IMG/VR virus record: IMGVR_UViG_3300032304_003098 | Span: 32,001 to 96,000 of that record | Length of the DNA stretch: 64,000 bases | Direction: 5' to 3' (one strand) | DNA from: a virus | In this document: positions 56,966-64,000 of the stretch, piece by piece | Position numbering within the stretch: position 1 is the stretch's first letter | How the letters are laid out: each line of letters begins with the position of its first letter | Position numbers and translations under genes: made by a program | The notes under the pieces: model-generated | Databases searched by the model: none | The model's input: only the letters and a program-made list of their open reading frames with translations | Told to the model about the DNA's origin: nothing

Positions 56966-59176
56966 ATGGCTAAAACCCCTTTTATACGTCCATTGCAGGT
57001 GCAAGGCGGTACCTTTTACGCTTTTTCTTCAGCGGCAGAAGATCTATCTTTCACTTTCAATAATTCCATCAATCGTTTTAAGTTTTCCAAGTTCGCATTA
57101 TTGAATATCCCGGATATTGATTCCACGAATCCCCTGGGTAACACGCTTAAACTTAATGCTCCAGATAGTGCATTCCTAGATAAAGCAACAGGTGCGGACC
57201 AGATAATCACTTCGAATCAGAATGTAAATTTTTCTCAAAGTTTTCAAAGTTATTGCTTGAACTTAGAAACCACCATTTTGAGTGGTAACAACTACGACCA
57301 ATCTTCGAAGCAAAATATTTCAGAAAGAGTTTTTTGGAAATGGTTGAAAGAATTAGGTGGGATTAGATTCCAGTCAGCTTCGTCTGCTCAAGTTGTTTCT
57401 ACTTTGGACCAAAACACAGTTTTGACTATCAATGGTCTGCCAGTAACACAAAAAAGATATGTGGAGGGAGATCCTAGTGGTGCAACGGGTTCTTTTGGAT
57501 TAACCGGTGCGACCTACAACAGGGTAGTTCAGTACATAGGCAATCTGGACATTGTTAATTCAGTCAAAAACAACAACAACACATATTCCGAAGTGTATGT
57601 CTTGGTTCCTACTAAAGACGGAAATACCCCCACTGTCTTATTTAAAAACGTCGTAGACCCTAATTATCCCATGGATTTTGGTTGGACCAACAATCCCACC
57701 GATCCGTTGAATGATGAGTATTTGACGGGAAGATCTTATAATGAATTTAATCCCAGCGGTTTAACCAATTTAGCAATTTTTGATTGCGATGTTCTAGGTT
57801 CACCTGCAGTGACTTTTGAAAATACTTCTAATGGTTTAACTGGATCTGGTAACTGGTACTCCCCACGGGCTATTGCAGACTCATATTTCACAGATGCAAC
57901 TTTTACGGATCCAACTGCACAGATCTTGGAAAAATCCTACAGTGGAGCCACTGGTGGAAATGGCTACCAAAAATACGTTAGAACAAAATTGGATTCGATC
58001 GGTATTGACTTCGATCCTAGTTCTTACAAACAAATTGTGGACGACCCAGCAATTTCAACCTTAGAAGAATTCAATTCTACCTCTTTGTCTAGCGATTTTT
58101 CTTTCAATGCGGTTCTGATTTATTATGATGTGTATGATCCGGCTATTCCTGCCGATTCTGCCACCAATTTATATGGTGTTCTTTTTCTGGATGATGTTCA
58201 ATCTACGGGAATAGGCACCTCCGAAATTCCCGGCTTTAAAAAGTACAAACCAAACCCAGTAACCAAGTTAAATGGCAATTCATATGGCTTCAAATTGAAT
58301 CTTAAATTTGATGTTGATATAGACCAGACTGGAGTAGAGCAGGCTATCAATGATTATTCGCCTTTTTCTCTGTCTATGTTCATGGACGCTATGAATGTTT
58401 TACAGGATGCTTCCGGAACTTTAAATAACACGGCGGGAATTTATTCTTCTTTGGAAGATAGAGTTAATGCTTTAGAAAATTTGGTCCTATCCTCTGAAAC
58501 AACTTTTACTTTCGACAGGAGGATAACTGAAATTGAAAATTCTTTGGCGGCAAATCAGGCTTTGTTTAACAACACTCAGGCCGTAATGGGATTAATTAAT
58601 CAAAATTATGAATTAATTAGAGCTATTATCAATAATGAAACTTCGGTAGAGATTTCGTACAACTTGAATCTGATTAAACAAGGTCAGGGTATAATTGTGG
58701 ACAGATCAATTCCTAATGAACTCACGATTTCTAACAACAACCAAGACTATCATGTCGGTGCTAGGAAGGGAACTGTTACTTTACAAAACTCCTCCCCCAA
58801 CACAATCCCCCTTTTGACCTTTGGTAATTATTATAAGCACGTCAATAACGGCGTGCCCATCACTCTGACTTCCGATTTAGTTATACGGTTGGATGATTCC
58901 GTGGTCAACTGGAAATTGGGACAAGTCATGAGATTCTCTTTTGGGGACCAAATTATTCCCGGTAATTTCAATGTTAACTTCCTGACTAATGCCCAAGGAA
59001 GGTATCCTCTTGCAAATCCAACTCAAGTACCATATTCCACTTTAATTCTTTCTTTGACCAACAACGAATTTGTTTCCTATGATTACAAACCGGTGATAGA
59101 TATCGTTTGCGTAGATCCTGAAAATTTGATATTTCAGGTGGACCAAATTGGAAAAAGTCTTACTAACAACACGTAA
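56966..59176 (+). CDS. Virion structural protein
   Basis: Long ORF in tail region, coiled-coil segment. Confidence 0.65.
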   Translation: MAKTPFIRPLQVQGGTFYAFSSAAEDLSFTFNNSINRFKFSKFALLNIPDIDSTNPLGNTLKLNAPDSAFLDKATGADQIITSNQNVNFSQSFQSYCLNLETTILSGNNYDQSSKQNISERVFWKWLKELGGIRFQSASSAQVVSTLDQNTVLTINGLPVTQKRYVEGDPSGATGSFGLTGATYNRVVQYIGNLDIVNSVKNNNNTYSEVYVLVPTKDGNTPTVLFKNVVDPNYPMDFGWTNNPTDPLNDEYLTGRSYNEFNPSGLTNLAIFDCDVLGSPAVTFENTSNGLTGSGNWYSPRAIADSYFTDATFTDPTAQILEKSYSGATGGNGYQKYVRTKLDSIGIDFDPSSYKQIVDDPAISTLEEFNSTSLSSDFSFNAVLIYYDVYDPAIPADSATNLYGVLFLDDVQSTGIGTSEIPGFKKYKPNPVTKLNGNSYGFKLNLKFDVDIDQTGVEQAINDYSPFSLSMFMDAMNVLQDASGTLNNTAGIYSSLEDRVNALENLVLSSETTFTFDRRITEIENSLAANQALFNNTQAVMGLINQNYELIRAIINNETSVEISYNLNLIKQGQGIIVDRSIPNELTISNNNQDYHVGARKGTVTLQNSSPNTIPLLTFGNYYKHVNNGVPITLTSDLVIRLDDSVVNWKLGQVMRFSFGDQIIPGNFNVNFLTNAQGRYPLANPTQVPYSTLILSLTNNEFVSYDYKPVIDIVCVDPENLIFQVDQIGKSLTNNT

Positions 59177-59194
59177 AATCTGAAATTTAAAATT

Positions 59195-62100
59195 ATGTCA
59201 GGCACACAAAACAGTATTAGTTCTTTAGTAGCTCAATTTCTGAGATTACAGAAAAACGCATTGGAAATTATTAATGGTCTGAATGAGGTAGCAACCTCAA
59301 CTAACCAAAACGTACAAATTGAAATGTTGGATGAAGCTGGTATGCCCACAAACGTGAGTATTCCAGCATATGGTTACCTAAGTTCACAAATTCAAAGACT
59401 AGATTCAAACATTCAGGCTTTAGCTGGCTTGGGAGATAATTTTTCCACTGTTAGAAATCCAGATGGAACTTATTCCCAAATTTACAAGTCTGAGCCTCTG
59501 AGAGATCCTCAACCTTTTATTAATCTGCAGGTCCCCAGTACATTTTCAGCTCGTGACAATTGGTTTTTTGAAAGTTTTTTGTCTCCTCTTCTATACATCA
59601 GCATTGATGTAACCGGTCAGCTTCCAGACGACGCAGACAGAATTTTGGTGAAGAGAATTATTGCCAACACAGAAACTGACGAACAAAAAGCTTATTTTGA
59701 CTCAAATTTAAGCGGAAGAAATAACATCGGAGAACAAGAATTCATAAATGCTTTGACTGACAATGGAATTTTTTATTTTGTAGACGAAGAGATTATTCCT
59801 TTACCTCTAAGAACGATCAGAAATAAAGGAAATTTTAGTGTTCTCTCTTTTTACGATGACACTGTAAGCACGACAGATGCAAATGGGCAAACTGTCCAAG
59901 AAACTCGTAGAAATTACAAATTAAATTCTGTTCAATATACAGACACAAGCACAGGAGTAACAAACGGCAGAACCTTGGATGTGGGGAACGTTCTATTAAC
60001 TGCCGATGGCAGCAGATACGAAATTATATCCATCAACATCAATGAAACATCCGTCCAATTAAAAAGAACTTCTGGATATCAACCTGTTATGATAGGTACC
60101 AACAGTTTGACCCTTTTATCTACTCAATTTAATCCCAGATTTGTAGACGTCAATGTTGGTTATAACGAAAGACAAGGAGTTTTTTTTAAAAAAATAGATG
60201 ATAATTACAACATCGTGGCCTCTTCCTGGTCTCCTGGTGTTGTTTTTTGGAGTAATCAACTGAGAATAAATACGACTTCGGGAGTTCAAACACTTGAACA
60301 ATTTTACCTTAATTCTGTTGCAGATTTGGGCCAGCAACTTTTGGCGATGGCCAAGGAGAAAAAAATAGCAGCTATCTCGGGATTAACCCCGGAAGCTCCT
60401 TCTATCGTTCCCACTAATTTCAGAGTTGTTCAGATTAACACCCAGTTAACACAATCCACTGACGTGCAAACCTTGAACGAAAAAGTGGCTTTGAAGGCAA
60501 CTCTGCAAAGTGAGATTTCTCAATTAGATACGTCAATCAACACTAGCCGGGCTCAAATCAATTCTGTCAGTAACACATCAGTCCTTCCTCAGTCTAGAGT
60601 TGGTTTAGATAATGCTTTGTCTTCAATATCGACAAGTCTCTCAAGTTCAACTCAAAACACTCAGGCGCTTCAGGCAAATTTGAATTCTTTAACGCAGCAA
60701 AGAGTTCAAAAACAACAATTGCTGGCCTCTGTGGTAAGCGATGTTTCTACAATTTCTGCTTCTACACCTCAGCTCTTAGCGGAACCAAAATATAGAGTTA
60801 GAGGATTTTGGCCTATTCCTCCTCCCAAAATAAATCCAACTACGGGCAAACAGGAAGTAATCCAATTTATCATAGAATATAGATATTTGAGCGATTCTGG
60901 AGTTGCACCTCCGGTCCAACAAATTAATTTCCGGGACAACAACGGACAGGAAAAAACCGGTGCTTTTAGCAACTGGACACGTGAAATAACGAATATCAGA
61001 TCCAAAATTTATGATGTTAATACTGGAACTTACGTCTGGACGCCAGAAATAACAGACGATGCTGATGCCAACAACATTAATCAATTAGATATTCCAATTA
61101 CAAGCGGGGAGCAAGTAGAAATTAGAGTTAAATCTGTTTCTGAAGCAGGCTGGCCGGATAATCCTGTAACCTCAGATTGGTCTGAATCTGTGACTATTTC
61201 TTTCCCCCCTGATGCAACAACCGAAAGTGCTGTTGTTTCTTTGACTAGCAATTTAAAAGATGAAGCTTTGCTTGCTATTCAACAAGACTTATCTTCCCGC
61301 GGGGTAGATGCTTTGTTGAATAGACAATTTACTGCGGGAAATAAAACTTTTTTGGTTGATGCTCCTGTTATTTCCAGCGGATTTACAGATGCAAGTGGAA
61401 ATCCAATGGATCTTTTTCAGAAGCTAACAGATATGCAAAATGAAATTGCTTCTTTAAGATCAATCATAGAAAAATCTGTAGGTGTGTTGGAAGTACAACT
61501 TGTGGACGAAGCAGGCAACACTCAAATTATTTCTAACGGACAGACGATAAAAGTTAACGCTGGTTATTACAATCAAATTTTCTCCAATCCCACCACCAGC
61601 GATGCGGGTAAAATTGCCTCTAGAATTTACCAACTAAAGTTAGTTAATACTGCTGCTGGTTTATTGGAACTTGCTTCTTCTTTACCTGGTGGATTGGATA
61701 CTTTGGCGGGAACATCTTCTACATATTCTTTGCCGACTGGATATGCCCAAAATTTGAGATATGGGGAAATTGGTATTTCTATAACCTCTCTGACAGCTGC
61801 AGATATCATTCCTCCCGGTTCCACTGGGGCAGCAAACAATGAATCTTTTCAACAGCTGAGACAAGCTTCTCCTTATTCTTCTGGTAATGCTAATAGTCAG
61901 TTCATTTATCCTAGATGGAAAAGTGTAGGGTTGGATCAAGATTTATATTTTATCTCCCAACCCTATGCTTCTGGTTATGATTATGAAGGTAATTCTAACG
62001 GTCAACCTCAAAATGGTTCTTCTTTGATTCCTTTTAACCCCACAATTTCTACCGTGCCCACTGCATCGGGACAAAATGGATCCGTGTGGAATGGGGGATA

Positions 62101-62773
62101 CACTGGTTCTGCCGTACCCTATACTGGTTTGGGAAATGGTTATCTAAGTGAATTCTGTGTACATAAAAACCACCCCGCTTTATCTACTGGTTTATCTTTT
62201 ACCAATCTAGTTACGCCTGATTATTCTTCGGCGGGTACTGTTGTCTATCCTTATTTCAGACAGTCTGATTATTTCTACTATGATAATTCTTTAACCAATT
62301 ATTGGATGCAACTTGGTTATACCACAGTGACTGATAATTTTGTTACGGGTGCAACTGCAACCAGGCAGGATGCTATGTATCCTTTGAAATTAGGATTTGA
62401 AAGTAACGATGAATGGTTGATTGGTAGATATTCCTGTGGATCTTATCTCTTTTTGGGACCATCTACTTCTTCTTTGGTTCAGGTTCAAGGTTCAACCTCA
62501 CTAGCCAGTCAATTTGTTCAGCAAGGTACCAACAATGCGATTATTATCCCTTTAATTTTTCAATTTAGAGCAACGGATAAGTTGGGTTACATCGGAGGTT
62601 TTAAGGCTAGTGGGAATCCAACCAATATTACATATACAAAAAAATTAGGATTGGACATTCAGGTAAGAAATCAAAGTCCTTTCTCTTTTGACCTGGAAGT
62701 GACAGGAAAATATAAGAATGATACACTTTCTTCTCCTAATTTTTCTTCTCAAGGAGGGACAAACCTAGGATAA
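59195..62773 (+). CDS. Large virion structural protein (coiled coil plus FN3-like segment)
   Basis: 1192 aa; VEIRVKSVSEAGWP...SDWS. Confidence 0.65.
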   Translation: MSGTQNSISSLVAQFLRLQKNALEIINGLNEVATSTNQNVQIEMLDEAGMPTNVSIPAYGYLSSQIQRLDSNIQALAGLGDNFSTVRNPDGTYSQIYKSEPLRDPQPFINLQVPSTFSARDNWFFESFLSPLLYISIDVTGQLPDDADRILVKRIIANTETDEQKAYFDSNLSGRNNIGEQEFINALTDNGIFYFVDEEIIPLPLRTIRNKGNFSVLSFYDDTVSTTDANGQTVQETRRNYKLNSVQYTDTSTGVTNGRTLDVGNVLLTADGSRYEIISININETSVQLKRTSGYQPVMIGTNSLTLLSTQFNPRFVDVNVGYNERQGVFFKKIDDNYNIVASSWSPGVVFWSNQLRINTTSGVQTLEQFYLNSVADLGQQLLAMAKEKKIAAISGLTPEAPSIVPTNFRVVQINTQLTQSTDVQTLNEKVALKATLQSEISQLDTSINTSRAQINSVSNTSVLPQSRVGLDNALSSISTSLSSSTQNTQALQANLNSLTQQRVQKQQLLASVVSDVSTISASTPQLLAEPKYRVRGFWPIPPPKINPTTGKQEVIQFIIEYRYLSDSGVAPPVQQINFRDNNGQEKTGAFSNWTREITNIRSKIYDVNTGTYVWTPEITDDADANNINQLDIPITSGEQVEIRVKSVSEAGWPDNPVTSDWSESVTISFPPDATTESAVVSLTSNLKDEALLAIQQDLSSRGVDALLNRQFTAGNKTFLVDAPVISSGFTDASGNPMDLFQKLTDMQNEIASLRSIIEKSVGVLEVQLVDEAGNTQIISNGQTIKVNAGYYNQIFSNPTTSDAGKIASRIYQLKLVNTAAGLLELASSLPGGLDTLAGTSSTYSLPTGYAQNLRYGEIGISITSLTAADIIPPGSTGAANNESFQQLRQASPYSSGNANSQFIYPRWKSVGLDQDLYFISQPYASGYDYEGNSNGQPQNGSSLIPFNPTISTVPTASGQNGSVWNGGYTGSAVPYTGLGNGYLSEFCVHKNHPALSTGLSFTNLVTPDYSSAGTVVYPYFRQSDYFYYDNSLTNYWMQLGYTTVTDNFVTGATATRQDAMYPLKLGFESNDEWLIGRYSCGSYLFLGPSTSSLVQVQGSTSLASQFVQQGTNNAIIIPLIFQFRATDKLGYIGGFKASGNPTNITYTKKLGLDIQVRNQSPFSFDLEVTGKYKNDTLSSPNFSSQGGTNLG

Positions 62774-62774
62774 A

Positions 62775-64000
62775 ATGAGTAACGAAAATACATTCCAAAA
62801 TATTTGTGGGAATTCGCCCTCCAAATTATTTGATTCTAATTCTTCTTTCGGTGTTTTAAGAGCCAATCCCAAAATATCAGGGAATGTTAAAATTTCTTTG
62901 GATTCTGATGGAGGCGTTTGGCTGAATTCCATGGACGCAAATCCAATTTTAAGTGACCAAAGATTCAAGAAGTATCGGGTTACAGGTCAAAATACTTATG
63001 GAAAAGATTTACAAAGATTTTTTTCGATAGGTAAAAATTTGCAAAGCTCTTTAAATCCTGATGTTATTTTTGGAGTTGGGAAATTTACGGATGGAGAAAA
63101 TAAGCCGGTAGAAAATTTTTCTTCTCAATATGATTTTTTTTATGGTTCTGGAGCTTCAACTTTAATAGACAGGAACTACACTGAAAATTTTCGTTATTTT
63201 CAACCCCTTTGGTTGCGTGACGAGTTGCCTGAATTTTTTGTTGTATTTAAAGTTCCAGAGCCTTTAAGTTATCCTTACTCTACTAATCAAGTCCAAATTA
63301 ATAATGGATCACAATACAAAGTAATTCAAGATGTATCTTCTGCAGAAGTTTTCCAAATATCATATGGTAAAGATTCTCTGGGTAACGATTTAATTTATTC
63401 TGCTGGGCAATTTTTCACTGGCAATTCCGTATATTCTACGTATACTGTTTTAAATGGAACAGGAAAGGTTGTTCTTATGGATGAACTTCTTTATCAACCT
63501 GAAGTAGATAATGTTGAAAGTTTCTTCAATTCGAAAATCTTACCTTATGCTTCAGTTATCTCAACCTTTGATTTAAGAGAGAACACAACAATCGGAAAAT
63601 ACATTAGATCTATCACTAACGATCCATCATTCAGCCAAGCACCAATTCAATTTTCATATGAGATAAATTCTTACACATACTTTAATGGAATAGACATCCA
63701 AACCGGAGCTACGACCAAAAAAGGGGAACTGCTTTATGATTTTTTAATTTCTAACGAATCAACCCCCCAGATTGATTTTGAAAATTATATTACAAATGGG
63801 TTTGCAAGGAATAATATTATTGCTCCTAATATCTTGAATTTAGAATTTTTGTTCAATGATCCTGATTCTGATTTGTACACCATTAACAGATATTTTGGTT
63901 GTTACGTTTCAAAAAATTGTTTAGGCAGTTTTAAACTGAATGGAAATTTCTTTTTTCGATTTAGTGAATCTGGAGGTAATAACAATTTACCTAAACCTTC
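62775..64000 (+). CDS. Large structural protein, truncated by window end
   Basis: ATG 62775 (MSNENTFQ...SFGVLRANPKISGNVK), frame appears open to the end; absent from track for lack of a stop. Confidence 0.75.
   Translation, partial: MSNENTFQNICGNSPSKLFDSNSSFGVLRANPKISGNVKISLDSDGGVWLNSMDANPILSDQRFKKYRVTGQNTYGKDLQRFFSIGKNLQSSLNPDVIFGVGKFTDGENKPVENFSSQYDFFYGSGASTLIDRNYTENFRYFQPLWLRDELPEFFVVFKVPEPLSYPYSTNQVQINNGSQYKVIQDVSSAEVFQISYGKDSLGNDLIYSAGQFFTGNSVYSTYTVLNGTGKVVLMDELLYQPEVDNVESFFNSKILPYASVISTFDLRENTTIGKYIRSITNDPSFSQAPIQFSYEINSYTYFNGIDIQTGATTKKGELLYDFLISNESTPQIDFENYITNGFARNNIIAPNILNLEFLFNDPDSDLYTINRYFGCYVSKNCLGSFKLNGNFFFRFSESGGNNNLPKP

Noticed and set aside
856-62968. Numerous short antisense or overlapping ORFs in the six-frame track
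   Set aside because: Shadows of well-supported + strand genes with no motifs; only 26931-27641 and phoH fill real gaps on the - strand
1-64000. Stop-codon reassignment as in some jumbo phages
   Set aside because: Long ORFs tile the window in code 11; TAG and TGA stops are followed directly by new starts and recognised proteins look full length
1-64000. tRNAs, introns, inteins, homing endonucleases, IS elements
   Set aside because: Intergenic gaps are short (about 105 nt or less) and AT-rich with no cloverleaf; no intein, HNH/GIY-YIG or transposase motifs recognised

Overview
64 kb of an AT-rich, densely coding, almost entirely + strand genome of a T4-related jumbo myophage. The host is probably a Bacteroidota: there are no obvious Shine-Dalgarno sites, leaders are A-rich and several genes look Bacteroidetes-like. 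Gene order: portal C-terminus; heptose-7-P kinase; a replication/repair block (ATP ligase, clamp loader, guanylate kinase, RNase H/FEN, degenerate UvsE, a NEIL1-like glycosylase, DEDD exonuclease); prohead protease-scaffold fusion with 14-aa repeats; major capsid; putative internal head proteins sharing an N-terminal targeting/cleavage motif; a lipoprotein/GT/kinase/AsnB-like cluster; Nudix; and the baseplate/neck/tail region, which contains an rpS1-like gene, an amidoligase and phoH. A recurrent GATATATA motif, a probable late promoter, precedes structural genes. It sometimes sits at the apex of a hairpin covering the translation start, and once lies inside the protease gene upstream of a nested scaffold start. 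No tRNA, CRISPR, mobile element or recoding was seen. All protein assignments come from motifs recognised by eye; no database searches were run.
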